Shown: positions 17,846 through 28,034 of the stretch, piece by piece
How positions within the stretch are numbered: the stretch's first letter is position 1
How the letters are laid out: every line of letters begins with the position of its first letter
NCBI GenBank assembly: GCA_001794125.1
Contig: MGJF01000002.1
Span: forward strand, 108,514-172,513
Direction of reading: 5' to 3'
DNA: 64,000 nucleotides
Source: Candidatus Yanofskybacteria bacterium RIFCSPHIGHO2_01_FULL_43_32
GTDB lineage: Bacteria; Patescibacteriota; Minisyncoccia; 2-02-FULL-40-12; GWA2-44-9
Notes under the pieces: model-generated
What the model was told of the DNA's origin: nothing
Database searches by the model: none
Seen by the model: the letters and a program-made list of their open reading frames with translations, nothing else
Made by a program: the position numbers and the translations under genes

Positions 17846-18939
17846 ACTCTGAAATCTTCTCGGTTTTGAATGTGGTCAGAATATTCGTGGCGACCGCCTT
17901 GGCTTTTTTTGTTGCCTTATTAATCACCCCTGTCTGGACCAAAATTTTGCATAAATATAAGTTGGGAAAGCAAATTCGAACCGATACGGCATTTAAAAGT
18001 TTGCATACCGAAGGCGGACCGATTGCCGCAAAATTGCACCAGGCCAAAGAAGGAACTCCGACTATGGGCGGGGTGGTCATGTGGACAACGGTAGCGATTC
18101 TGACGATAGGTTTCTGGTTGCCGGCGCTCTATTTTGACGGGTTTTGGACGAGGATGAATTTTTTTAGCCGCTCTCAAACCTGGCTGCCTTTGGGGGTAAT
18201 GATATTCGGCGCGCTTTTGGGAGCCCTTGACGATTATATGGGAATCTTGCGCGTTGGTCCCAAAGGCGGCGGATTACGCATGAGTTACCGCATACTATTG
18301 TATATTTTGGCGGGCGCTGTCGGGGCGTGGTGGTTTTATTTCAAACTCGGTTTTAACAGCGTCAATTTCCCCTTTTTGGGCGACTTTTTGATCGGCTGGT
18401 GGTATATACCGTTTTTTGTTTTTACAATCGTGGCGACGGCGTTTTCCGCCAACGAGACAGACGGCTTGGATGGTTTGGCGGGCGGGATTTTTTTGACCAT
18501 GTTCGGGGCTTACGCGGTTATTGCGTTCGATCAGGGAAGAATGGACCTGGTAGTATTTCTCTCCGCTATCATGGGTTCTTTGGTCGCTTTTCTTTGGTTC
18601 AATATCTATCCGGCCAGATTTTTCATGGGGGATACCGGCTCAATGTCGCTGGGAGTTACTTTGGGCGTTGTGGCCATGCTTACGAATACTCCGTTTCTCC
18701 TGATCCCGATAGGCATTATTTTTTTTATTGAATCCGGTTCGGTGATTATTCAGCTAACTTCAAAAAAATTAAGGGGCAAGAAAATATTTTTATCTACTCC
18801 CATCCACCATCACTTCGAAGCTCTCGGCTGGCACGAAACGCAGGTAACGATGCGCTTCTGGATGATATCGGCCGTCGGCGCGATAATCGGACTTATTATA
18901 TTTCTTGTGGACAGCAAGATACCGCCATTGTTCAGGTAA
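17836..18939 (+). CDS. mraY: Phospho-N-acetylmuramoyl-pentapeptide transferase
   Basis: GTPTMGG, DD, NETDGLDGL, FMGDTGS, PIHHHFE. Confidence 0.95.
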   Translation: MGLNSEIFSVLNVVRIFVATALAFFVALLITPVWTKILHKYKLGKQIRTDTAFKSLHTEGGPIAAKLHQAKEGTPTMGGVVMWTTVAILTIGFWLPALYFDGFWTRMNFFSRSQTWLPLGVMIFGALLGALDDYMGILRVGPKGGGLRMSYRILLYILAGAVGAWWFYFKLGFNSVNFPFLGDFLIGWWYIPFFVFTIVATAFSANETDGLDGLAGGIFLTMFGAYAVIAFDQGRMDLVVFLSAIMGSLVAFLWFNIYPARFFMGDTGSMSLGVTLGVVAMLTNTPFLLIPIGIIFFIESGSVIIQLTSKKLRGKKIFLSTPIHHHFEALGWHETQVTMRFWMISAVGAIIGLIIFLVDSKIPPLFR

Positions 18940-18965
18940 TTAAAAACCGAGAAAATTTTCTCGGT

Positions 18966-20831
18966 TCAAACAGGCGGTTCTGTTGGCATCTCAAACTGTT
19001 TTTTATACAATTCTTGGTACAGTTCGCATCGTCCCAGAAGTTCCTGACTAGTGCCGTGATCCACTATTCCGCCCTTATTAAGGACGACGATCATATCCGC
19101 GCTTACTATTGTGGAAAGGCGGTGGGCAATAATGATTGCCGTTTTTCCTTCTATTAATTTCCAGAGCGCTTCCTGAACCAATGACTCTGAAAGTGAGTCC
19201 AGGTGTGAAGTGGCTTCGTCCATGATAATGACCGAAGCATTCTGAAGAACGGCCCGGGCGATGGAAATTCTCTGCTGTTCTCCGCCCGATAATCTGACAC
19301 CTTTTTCGCCGATGAGTGTGTCGTAGCCCTTAGGTTTTTTGGTAATGAATTCGTGGGCGTTGGCTATTTTTGCCGCATTCACAATCTCTTCGTCTGTGGC
19401 GTTCTCTCTGCCGTAGGCTATATTTTCTTTTATGGTTCTGGAGAAAAGAAGAGCGTGCTGAGGCACTACGGTGATAAGCTCGTGTAGGCACCGGCTGTCG
19501 ATATTTCTCAAATCAACGCCGTCTATCGTAATTGTTCCGGCTGTCGAGTCGTAATATCTGTGAATAAGATTGGCCATGGTGCTTTTGCCGGAACCGGTGG
19601 GCCCGACGAATGCAACCTTTGAACCGGCGGGGATGAACAGGTCCATGTCTTCAAGAATTTGTTCGGCTTTATCGCCGTCTAACTTTGAAGTTTCCGAATA
19701 TGCGTCATCGGAATTTTCAATACTTTCCGGTATTTCAAAGTCTTCATACCTGAACGATACTCCTCTGAACTTAATGCCCTTCTTCACTCTGGACAACTTA
19801 ATCGGGTCCGGCGCTTCTCTGAGTCTGGGCTTTATATCCATCAAATCCGTAAATCTTTTCGCTTTCGAAAGTTCTATCTGCATCATCAGATATGTGGTTA
19901 TCATGTCCAGCAGGGGCTGGTATATCATTGATGTATAGGCAAGGAACATGACTATCTCTCCCACCGTCGTCATTTTTTTGGCGACCAGATAGGTCCCCAA
20001 TATGATAACGGAGATCCGGCCCAGGACTTCAAAAAATGAGGCCGAGAATCCGAGAATTCTCCACCATTTTGCGATAGCGAGTTTCAGCTTAAGCGCCGCC
20101 TGGCTATCTTTGTCAAAAAGAGCCAGTTCATGTTCGGCGGCATTGAAAGATATTACGGCTCCAATGTTGTTGATGCCTTCATAAGCGCGATGATAAGCTT
20201 TTTCGTAAAGCTTGTTTATCTTGGATTGGTTGGCATAAATTGGACCGGCTTTCTTCAGAGAGAAATATATATGCAGCGGTATGAAAAATACTGATGCCAA
20301 CGCCAGATACTTGTTCTGATAGGTTATCCAGACTATCAGGCAGACAATATTTACTATTCCGGGCAGGAAGAACTTGGCGATGTTCTCGTGGAGGATGCGA
20401 GTGAGGCTGTCTATGCCCCGGTCTACTCTTGAGAGTATCTCGCCCGAATTCTTGCTGTTATGGAAAGACATGTCCAAGGATTGAAGATGTGAAAGCGAGC
20501 TTCTGAACATTTTCGCTTCCACCAAACTCACAATCTCAAGGCTCAGATAAGAATAGAAGGAAAAGATCAAGCTTGTGCCTATTCTTAAGAAAAGAATAAG
20601 ACTGCAGATTTTCACCGCGCCCCAGAGCGCCGTATTCATGTTTATCTCTCCCGAGACTCCGCCGACAAGCACTTCATCGACCAGTTTCTTGTATAAGTAT
20701 GGGTCGATAAGGCGTATCAAGGCGAAAAGTATCGTTCCGGCGATGATTATCGCCAATTTCAGCTTGTAAGGAACCAAATAGGGCCATGCCCTTATTATGC
20801 TCTTAACTATGCCGTCTTTATTTTTTACCAC
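18966..20831 (-). CDS. ABC exporter, fused permease and ATPase (MsbA/ABCB-like)
   Basis: TM domain, GPTGSGKS, LSGGEQQR, IMDEATS, IAHRLST. Confidence 0.92.
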   Translation of the reverse strand: MVKNKDGIVKSIIRAWPYLVPYKLKLAIIIAGTILFALIRLIDPYLYKKLVDEVLVGGVSGEINMNTALWGAVKICSLILFLRIGTSLIFSFYSYLSLEIVSLVEAKMFRSSLSHLQSLDMSFHNSKNSGEILSRVDRGIDSLTRILHENIAKFFLPGIVNIVCLIVWITYQNKYLALASVFFIPLHIYFSLKKAGPIYANQSKINKLYEKAYHRAYEGINNIGAVISFNAAEHELALFDKDSQAALKLKLAIAKWWRILGFSASFFEVLGRISVIILGTYLVAKKMTTVGEIVMFLAYTSMIYQPLLDMITTYLMMQIELSKAKRFTDLMDIKPRLREAPDPIKLSRVKKGIKFRGVSFRYEDFEIPESIENSDDAYSETSKLDGDKAEQILEDMDLFIPAGSKVAFVGPTGSGKSTMANLIHRYYDSTAGTITIDGVDLRNIDSRCLHELITVVPQHALLFSRTIKENIAYGRENATDEEIVNAAKIANAHEFITKKPKGYDTLIGEKGVRLSGGEQQRISIARAVLQNASVIIMDEATSHLDSLSESLVQEALWKLIEGKTAIIIAHRLSTIVSADMIVVLNKGGIVDHGTSQELLGRCELYQELYKKQFEMPTEPPV

Positions 20832-20840
20832 TTTCGGTCG

Positions 20841-20900
20841 CCTCCCGTGTATTGAAAAAGAACGTCAGAATATCATACAGTATGGGACATTCATTGTCAA
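20841..20900 (-). promoter_or_regulatory. Promoter, boxA-like motif and SD of the ABC exporter
   Basis: TTGACA-17-TATGAT; GTTCTTTTTCAAT (20863-20851); GGGAGG. Confidence 0.7.
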
Positions 20901-20939
20901 ATGTCAATCACTGATATTAAATGCTAACATCATAAATAA

Positions 20940-22019
20940 ATGGACAGAAGATTATTGGCCATAACTCTGATATTGATTATTTTCGGTCTGGTTGTTTTGT
21001 CTTCGGCCGGAATCGCGGACGGCCAAAAGAAATTCAGTTCGCCTTATTATTATCTGACTCATCAGTTGCTGTACGGTGTCATGCCCGGTCTTGCCGGGAT
21101 GTTTGTCTTCTCCCTGATAAATTATAAGTTTTGGAAAAAAATTTCACTGTTTGTTTTGGTCGGTTCATTGGCGCTGATGATAATGATATTCATGCCCGGT
21201 TTCGGACACGGGCTAAAAGGAGCGACTCGCTGGATAAGTTTGGGAGTATTTTCTTTTCAGCCGTCCGAAATACTCAAACTCTCCCTGATAATATATTTGG
21301 CGGCATGGTTCGGAAACAGAGATGAGAGAACCAAGAAGTGGTCTTACGGTATGTTGCCGTTTCTGATAGTCCTGTCTTTCGTGGCGCTTCTTCTTTTTCT
21401 TCAGCCGGACATCGGTACTTTGATAGTGGTTTCTTTAATCGCTCTGGGGATTTATTTTCTGGCCGGTCCGAGCTACAAACAATTCGCCGGAATTTTGCTG
21501 ATCCTGTTTTTGGGCCTGTCGGCCATAATCGTTGTCGAGCCGTACCGCTTTGACCGACTAAAAGCTTTTTGGGATCCGTCGGTAGACACGAAAGGAATTT
21601 CGTATCAGATAAACCAATCCCTGATTTCAATCGGTTCGGGAGGGTTGCTCGGGGTCGGTTACAATAATAGTTCTCAAAAGCAGGGAGGATTTTTGCCGGA
21701 AGTGATAGGCGACTCTATTTTTGCGATTATTGCCGAAGAGTTGGGGTTGGTGGGCTCGGCGCTTACTGTCGGATTGTTCGGAATACTGTGTTTCTTTATG
21801 ATAAACGTAGCCAAAAATGCATCCGACAAGTTCGGGACCTTGCTGGTAATGGGTATCAATATTTGGATAATGTCCCAGGCATTCGTGAACATAGCCGCCA
21901 TTTCCGGTCTTGTTCCTTTGACCGGGATTCCTTTGCCGTTCATAAGCTACGGCGGCACCGCTCTCGCGGTTCTTTTGTCGGGGATGGGGATGGTGTTTAA
22001 TGTGGCCCGGCACTCTTAG
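20940..22019 (+). CDS. ftsW: SEDS family peptidoglycan glycosyltransferase FtsW
   Basis: GATRWI, FQPSE, QPDIGT, PLTGIPLPFISYGG. Confidence 0.9.
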   Translation: MDRRLLAITLILIIFGLVVLSSAGIADGQKKFSSPYYYLTHQLLYGVMPGLAGMFVFSLINYKFWKKISLFVLVGSLALMIMIFMPGFGHGLKGATRWISLGVFSFQPSEILKLSLIIYLAAWFGNRDERTKKWSYGMLPFLIVLSFVALLLFLQPDIGTLIVVSLIALGIYFLAGPSYKQFAGILLILFLGLSAIIVVEPYRFDRLKAFWDPSVDTKGISYQINQSLISIGSGGLLGVGYNNSSQKQGGFLPEVIGDSIFAIIAEELGLVGSALTVGLFGILCFFMINVAKNASDKFGTLLVMGINIWIMSQAFVNIAAISGLVPLTGIPLPFISYGGTALAVLLSGMGMVFNVARHS

Positions 22020-22051
22020 GGCGATACTTATTAATAATCAAAAAACCGCTG

Positions 22052-22315
22052 TTAAGCGGTTTTTTGAAGAAGGAGAGTGGTGTTGGATTTGAGGCGGGAG
22101 GCTTTATTTTTTTTGATGACTCCAGATTTGGTTGCTTTGTCTAATGTTTGGTAGACCTTCGGCAACATCTTCTTGGCCTCGTCTTTTTTGCCTGCGGCAA
22201 TTAGCTTTCGGAAATCCTTTACCATGGCTTTGTAAGCGACAATTTTCCTTGTATTTCTAACCCTCCTTGTTTTATTTTGTCTTAGCGCCTTTTTGGCGGA
22301 TTTTGTAATGGGCAT
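22052..22315 (-). CDS. rpsT: 30S ribosomal protein S20
   Basis: MPITKSAKKALRQ...DKA.K.GVIKKNKASRLKS. Confidence 0.95.
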   Translation of the reverse strand: MPITKSAKKALRQNKTRRVRNTRKIVAYKAMVKDFRKLIAAGKKDEAKKMLPKVYQTLDKATKSGVIKKNKASRLKSNTTLLLQKTA

Positions 22316-22380
22316 AGTTTATTTATTTAAGCTTGATTATCTTACTATATTAAAGCATATTTTGCAACAATTCCTTTTAG

Positions 22381-22499
22381 TTTGAACTTTTATTGCCAAT
22401 TGTCGTCTATTACCCAGGCAACCGGCGGAGGGCATGCCCTTTTATAAAATTAGCAAGATTTTAGAAAAGGGCATGCCGCAGCATGCATGGAGGTTGTGT
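22381..22499 (-). repeat. Repeat family 2
   Basis: Reverse-complement match to 15208-15328. Confidence 0.85.
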
Positions 22500-22516
22500 C
22501 AACTATAGTTCAGATA

Positions 22517-24520
22517 TTACACCGCCGATTCGCTTTTTAGTTTTCTAATCTGTTCTTTTAATCCTAATGCCGTTTCGTAATCCATCTTTCGGATTGCCTT
22601 GTCCATCATCTTCTGGAGCTGTTTCATGGCATTCTGTCTTGATCCGTTGGTGAAGAAAATTATTTCATTGTCGCCGTTGCCGTATTTTTGTATCTCTTTC
22701 TGGCTGATAGGCAGGTCGAAGTTGCCTATTTCTTTTATAATCGTCCGAGGGGTTATGCCGTTTTCTTTGTTATGTTTTTCCTGTTTTTTCCGGCGCCTCT
22801 GTGTTTCTTTAACGGCAAAGTCAATGGATTTGGTTATTTTGTCGGCATACATGATAACGTGGCCGTTAACATTTCTTGCGGCGCGGCCCATTGTTTGGAT
22901 AAGAGTGGTGGCGTTTCTTAAAAATCCTTCTTTATCGGCATCCAATATCGCTATCAAAGAAACTTCAGGCAGATCCAGCCCCTCTCTCAAAAGATTCACC
23001 CCTACTAAAACATCGTAATTGCCGAGCCGGAGATCTTTTAATATTTTAAGCCGTTCGAGTGTTTTTATTTCAGAATGAAGGTAGTTGACCTTGATGCCTT
23101 GCTCCGCCAAATGTTCGGCCAAATCCTCGGCCATACGTTTGGTAAGGGTTGTAACAATTACCCGTTCGCCGTTCTTGGTTCTGGTTTTGATATTTTCCAC
23201 CAAATGGAGAATCTGGCCTTCCGTCGGCCTTATTTCTATGGTCGGATCCAAGAGCCCGGTCGGTCTGATAAGCTGTTCGGCGATGCCCTCTTTGCCGGCT
23301 TCACCCATCTCATATTTAGCCGGTGTTGCCGAAGTATAGATGGTTTTTTGGATTCTTTTTTGGAACTCCGGAAATTTTAGCGGGCGATTGTCTATGGCTG
23401 AAGGCAATCTGAATCCATAATCAACAAGAGTGGATTTTCTGGAATGATCGCCGGTAAACATTGAACGAAGCTGGGGAATTGTAATATGCGACTCGTCGAT
23501 TATCGTCAGGAACTCGCCCTTGGACAAAAAGAAATCCAAAAGCGAATAAGGGGGTTCTCCCTCTTTTCTGAAATCAAGGTGGCGGGAATAATTTTCAATT
23601 CCGTGGCAGTATCCCGTCTGACGCATCATTTCTATGTCTTGCAGGGTTTTTTCCTGAAGCCTGGAAGCTTCTTCAAATTTCTTTTCTTTTTTCAAGTGTT
23701 TAACGTGCTTCTGGAGCTCGCTTTTTATGTTTTCTATTGCCAGGCCTATTTTATCGTCCGAGGTTATCCAATATTTGGCCGGGAAGACGGAGGTCTCGAC
23801 TATTTTTTCGTATTTTAGGTCCTTCATCTCCAATTCTTCCGGGTCTGAAATAATTGCGCGTAATATTTTTTCTATTTTTTCGTTGCGAAATTTTATTTTA
23901 ATTACCTCTTGGGCGCTTGGGGCGACTATTTCCACCTCATCGGTTGTTTTTCTGAAACAGCCCCTTTTAAGTTCAATGTCGGGAATATATTGAAGGCGTA
24001 AAAGCCCCCGCACAAGTTCCTGTGAACTCATTTTTTTATTTTCAAATATCTGGAGGCCAAGGTTTTTATAGTCCTCGGGCGAGCCGAGATTGTATATGCA
24101 GGAAACAGAAGCCACTATTATTACATCATCCCGGCTGATCAGGGCTTGAGTGGCGGCATGTCTTAATCGGTCTATTTCCTGGTTTATTTTGGAGTCTTTT
24201 TCTATGTAGGTGTCGGTATGGGGGATATATGCTTCCGGCTGATAATAGTCATAATAGCTTACAAAGTAGTGAACGGCATTTTTAGGGAAAAATTCTTTGA
24301 ACTCTTTGTATAGTTGGGCAGCAAGAGTTTTGTTGTGAGAGATGATAAGGGTTGGTTTTTTGTGGTATTCAATTACTTTTGCCATTGTAAAAGTCTTGCC
24401 CGAACCGGTAACGCCCAAAAGCACCTGATGTTTTTGTCCGGATTTCAAACCGCCGATTAATTTGGCTATCGCGGCCGGCTGGTCTCCGGTGGGTTGGAAT
24501 TTTGAGTTGAGCTTAAACAT
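22517..24520 (-). CDS. uvrB: Excinuclease ABC subunit B
   Basis: GVTGSGKT, YYDYYQPEAY, DESH, NLLREGLD, GRAARN. Confidence 0.97.
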   Translation of the reverse strand: MFKLNSKFQPTGDQPAAIAKLIGGLKSGQKHQVLLGVTGSGKTFTMAKVIEYHKKPTLIISHNKTLAAQLYKEFKEFFPKNAVHYFVSYYDYYQPEAYIPHTDTYIEKDSKINQEIDRLRHAATQALISRDDVIIVASVSCIYNLGSPEDYKNLGLQIFENKKMSSQELVRGLLRLQYIPDIELKRGCFRKTTDEVEIVAPSAQEVIKIKFRNEKIEKILRAIISDPEELEMKDLKYEKIVETSVFPAKYWITSDDKIGLAIENIKSELQKHVKHLKKEKKFEEASRLQEKTLQDIEMMRQTGYCHGIENYSRHLDFRKEGEPPYSLLDFFLSKGEFLTIIDESHITIPQLRSMFTGDHSRKSTLVDYGFRLPSAIDNRPLKFPEFQKRIQKTIYTSATPAKYEMGEAGKEGIAEQLIRPTGLLDPTIEIRPTEGQILHLVENIKTRTKNGERVIVTTLTKRMAEDLAEHLAEQGIKVNYLHSEIKTLERLKILKDLRLGNYDVLVGVNLLREGLDLPEVSLIAILDADKEGFLRNATTLIQTMGRAARNVNGHVIMYADKITKSIDFAVKETQRRRKKQEKHNKENGITPRTIIKEIGNFDLPISQKEIQKYGNGDNEIIFFTNGSRQNAMKQLQKMMDKAIRKMDYETALGLKEQIRKLKSESAV

Positions 24521-24542
24521 TTTTAATGATAACCTTTTAGTG

Positions 24543-25133
24543 ATGATTAGTTATCTTGAAGGGAAAATTGAACATTCGGGGGATAGATTCGTGATTTTGA
24601 ACACGGGCGGTATAGGGTATAAGGTGAATATAGTCCCCAAATTGTTAAATAGTATATCAAAAAGTCAAGACAAGGTCAAGTTGTTCGTGCACTCACAACT
24701 GAACATGAGAGAGGGTACCTTTGATATGTATGGATTTGTTGACAGGGAAGGACTGGAACTCTTTAACTTGCTTATCAGCGTATCGGGAATAGGCCCCAAG
24801 AACGCTTTGAATATAATGTCTTCGGTGGAGCCGAAACATTTGAAGGCGGCGGTGGTAAACAATGACCCGGAGTATTTAAAAAAGATATCAGGTTTGGGAC
24901 CTAAAACCGCGCAGAGATTGATATTGGAACTGCAAAACAAGGTTGATTATCTTGAAATTGGAGACATGAAAGGGATGGATCTGGGCCAGGAAGGAGAGGC
25001 GATGGAAGCATTGGTGGCTCTTGGCTATACTCTTAGCCAAGCCAAAGATGCGCTCAAGGAAGACGCAAAGGGCAAAACATTGGAACAAAGGGTAAGAGAG
25101 GCACTCAAATTATTGGGGAAAAACCGCAGATGA
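24543..25133 (+). CDS. ruvA: Holliday junction branch migration protein RuvA
   Basis: MISYLEG start, G.GY, VSGIGPK and GLGPKTAQR HhH motifs. Confidence 0.95.
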   Translation: MISYLEGKIEHSGDRFVILNTGGIGYKVNIVPKLLNSISKSQDKVKLFVHSQLNMREGTFDMYGFVDREGLELFNLLISVSGIGPKNALNIMSSVEPKHLKAAVVNNDPEYLKKISGLGPKTAQRLILELQNKVDYLEIGDMKGMDLGQEGEAMEALVALGYTLSQAKDALKEDAKGKTLEQRVREALKLLGKNRR

Positions 25134-25134
25134 G

Positions 25135-26052
25135 ATGACGAAATCTTTTCTACAAACACAAGATTGGCTGGATTTCCAGAAACATATTGGGCGGAAGACC
25201 TGGAGATTTGATGACGGAAAAATAAAAGCTAATATCATTCAACACGACTTACCTTTCGGGAAAAATTACCTTTACATTCCTCACGGACCGGAAGTTTGTT
25301 TTGGAGAAATTCAGAGCGGCCTAAAAAATGAAGTAGATAATTTTTTGAAATATTTAAAAGACCTCGGAAGGAAAAATAAATCCATTTTCGTGAAAATGGA
25401 GCCGTTGGAAGATGTGGCGATGGAAGTTATTTACCGCAAGAACTTGAAAAAATCTAAAAAATCAATCCAGCCGACAAAAACCGTCCTTGTAGATTTAAAC
25501 ATTCCAGAAGAAGTGCTTTTGTCAAAGATGCACCACAAGACGCGATACAATATTCACTTGGCCGAAAAGAAGGGGTTGAAACCGGAAGAAAAGGAAGACG
25601 TCAAAGAATTTTGGAAATTATTGGAAAAAACCGCCAAGAATGATAATTTTTCAACGCACAACCATGAATATTATGAAAAATTGATGGAGTTCTTTTCTAC
25701 CGACAAAGAACTTAAGACAAAAATGGTTTTTGAAATGTCCGGGGATAAGGCAGTAGCCGGAGCAGTATTATTAACTTATGGTGATACGGTTTATTATCTT
25801 CACGGAGCGATGGACCGTGATTATAAAAGCTGGATGGCGCCATACCTGATGCATTGGGAAATTATGAAGTGGGCCAAAGCGCAGGGGTACCATTATTATG
25901 ATTTCTGGGGAATTGACGCCAAACGCTGGCCGGGAGTGACCAGATTCAAACTCGGCTTCGGCGGCCACGAAACGGAATATCCCGGTTCATTCGACCTGCC
26001 CATTTCAAAAATCTGGTATCTGATATATAAAATTTCAAGAAAAATATTTTAG
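25135..26052 (+). CDS. FemAB/MurM-family peptidoglycan bridge aminoacyltransferase
   Basis: FLQT..W, KTRYNI..A.K.G, YYDFWG, GV.RFK.GFGG. Confidence 0.88.
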   Translation: MTKSFLQTQDWLDFQKHIGRKTWRFDDGKIKANIIQHDLPFGKNYLYIPHGPEVCFGEIQSGLKNEVDNFLKYLKDLGRKNKSIFVKMEPLEDVAMEVIYRKNLKKSKKSIQPTKTVLVDLNIPEEVLLSKMHHKTRYNIHLAEKKGLKPEEKEDVKEFWKLLEKTAKNDNFSTHNHEYYEKLMEFFSTDKELKTKMVFEMSGDKAVAGAVLLTYGDTVYYLHGAMDRDYKSWMAPYLMHWEIMKWAKAQGYHYYDFWGIDAKRWPGVTRFKLGFGGHETEYPGSFDLPISKIWYLIYKISRKIF

Positions 26053-27321
26053 ATGTTCAAGGAATCTTTACTTGATAAAACTTTATATCGCATCAAGAGA
26101 TTGATACCCAAATCGGTATTTGATTTTTTTGCGCCGTATTATCATGCCGCATTGGCCCACGCCGGCAGTATTATTTACGCGAATCCTTCCAAATCGTTGA
26201 AAGTCATCGGCGTTACCGGAACCAAAGGCAAATCAACTACGGTTTACTTGATTTCTAAAATTTTCGAAGGGGCCGGTATCCCAATAGCCGCAATCGGCTC
26301 TTTGGGGTTTAAAATAAAAGATAAAGAATGGCCGAATACTTTGAAAATGACCATGCCGGGCAGATTTAAACTCCAGAAATTTTTTTATGAAGCCAAAAAA
26401 GCGGGGTGTAAATATGTCGCGCTTGAAGTGACTTCCGAAGGTATTAAGCAGAAACGGCATTTGGGCATCAATTTTGACTGCGCCGTTTTTACCAACCTGC
26501 ACAGAGAACATCTTGAAAGCCACGGTTCTTTTGAGAATTACTATAAAGCGAAACAGGAATTATTTGCCAGAACTTCGAATGTTCATGTTTTAAACGCCGA
26601 TGACAAGAATGTGGAATTATTTTCCAAGTTTTCCTCAAAACGCACGATATTTTACGGCATTGAAAATGGCGATTTAAAAGCTGTGAATTTAGATTTGAAG
26701 CCGGACAGGGCCTCGTTTGAGGTTTACGGAACTAAATTTGATATTAATTTCGGAGGCAGGTTTAATGTTTTAAATTGTCTTGCGGCTTTGTCCGCCGCCG
26801 CCATGTACGGGATTGATCTTCCAAGAACAAAGCCGGCTCTTGAAAAAATAAAGGATATTCCGGGAAGAATGGAATTCATTCAAAAAGAACCGTTTGGCGC
26901 GGTGGTAGATTATGCTCATACTCCGGATTCATTGGAAGCGGTATATAAAACCCTAAAAAACGATTGCCATAAACTGATTTGTGTTTTGGGCGCCGCCGGA
27001 GGAGGAAGAGATAAGTGGAAGAGGCCGGAGTTCGGAAGAATTGCCGGCGAATATTGCGACGAAATAATCCTGACAGACGAGGATCCCTATGAAGAAGATC
27101 CGGAAAAAATAATCAACGAAGTTGCGTCGGGCATAAAGCTTGGCAAACGGATAACAATAGTATTGGACCGCAAAGAAGCCATCAAAACAGCCTTAGACAA
27201 GGCCGAAAAAGGCGATACCGTAGTGATAACGGGAAAGGGTTCGGAGGTTTCCATGGCCGTTGCCGGCGAAAGAAAAATACCCTGGTCCGACAAAGAAATT
27301 GTGCGCGGACTTTTGAAATAG
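26053..27321 (+). CDS. murE: UDP-MurNAc-tripeptide synthetase
   Basis: GVTGTKGKSTT, EVTS, FTNL..EHL, DYAHTPD, GKG. Confidence 0.9.
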   Translation: MFKESLLDKTLYRIKRLIPKSVFDFFAPYYHAALAHAGSIIYANPSKSLKVIGVTGTKGKSTTVYLISKIFEGAGIPIAAIGSLGFKIKDKEWPNTLKMTMPGRFKLQKFFYEAKKAGCKYVALEVTSEGIKQKRHLGINFDCAVFTNLHREHLESHGSFENYYKAKQELFARTSNVHVLNADDKNVELFSKFSSKRTIFYGIENGDLKAVNLDLKPDRASFEVYGTKFDINFGGRFNVLNCLAALSAAAMYGIDLPRTKPALEKIKDIPGRMEFIQKEPFGAVVDYAHTPDSLEAVYKTLKNDCHKLICVLGAAGGGRDKWKRPEFGRIAGEYCDEIILTDEDPYEEDPEKIINEVASGIKLGKRITIVLDRKEAIKTALDKAEKGDTVVITGKGSEVSMAVAGERKIPWSDKEIVRGLLK

Positions 27322-27331
27322 AAATTCAAGC

Positions 27332-27382
27332 TTGTCAATTAAATTATACTGCTGTATAGTCTACTCAATAGCCCGTTGACAT
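27332..27382 (+). promoter_or_regulatory. Promoter and weak boxA-like motif of the HNH gene
   Basis: TTGTCA-17-TATAGT; GCCCGTTGACAT. Confidence 0.5.
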
Positions 27383-27393
27383 GAAGGTTCCTC

Positions 27394-27996
27394 TTGGTAC
27401 TTCCCAGGGGAAGAAGTAAGGCCGGACTGCAGAAACTTTATGGCAACCAATTCAGGAACTGCAATCTCCATCACTTAGTACCTTCCAGTCGAGGAGGGGA
27501 AACTAATGAATTCAACTTATTTCCATGGAAAAAAAGATGCCATAACGCGTGGCACCACCTTTTTCTGAATATGACGATTTGGGAAGTTTATGAAACGTTT
27601 GACGGCATTTACGAAGAGATATTTTTCAGTGATAAAGAAAGAATTTACCGGCACTGGCTCGGCACGTGTCAGTTAAAAAAGGAAAGGGAGTTAGAGGCTC
27701 AAATTGAAAGGATTTACGGGGTTGAGTATCTTCAGGAAAAATGGATCGCCGCTTTCGGAGGAAACGATTTAAAGCAGGCAGAACAACTTCTAAAATTCAT
27801 GATGCTTTTTATGATTTTCGGTTCTCATATGGCAGACGCGGATTATCTTTTTGATAACGGCAATCTGACGGAATTCTTCGAGGAATATCAGGCCAATGAA
27901 GACCGGCTTAGAGCTTTTAATATTTGTTTTGGCGAGTCAGCCGGCCCCCAGAAGATAAAAGCCAAGATTTCTAAGATCTTGCGCCAACTCCCTTGA
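27394..27996 (+). CDS. Protein with an N-terminal HNH-like motif
   Basis: HHLVPSSRGG....NL.......HNAWH. Confidence 0.7.
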   Translation: MVLPRGRSKAGLQKLYGNQFRNCNLHHLVPSSRGGETNEFNLFPWKKRCHNAWHHLFLNMTIWEVYETFDGIYEEIFFSDKERIYRHWLGTCQLKKERELEAQIERIYGVEYLQEKWIAAFGGNDLKQAEQLLKFMMLFMIFGSHMADADYLFDNGNLTEFFEEYQANEDRLRAFNICFGESAGPQKIKAKISKILRQLP

Positions 27997-28034
27997 TTGG
28001 GGGTTTTTTAATTGGTAACATTACGTCAGATGTT

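Noticed and set aside
24462-24542. N-terminal extension of RuvA (likewise the track's longer starts for ddl, MgtC, RseP and the LemA-like gene)
   Set aside because: The extensions overlap upstream genes or repeats, and family-typical N-termini begin at the later starts.
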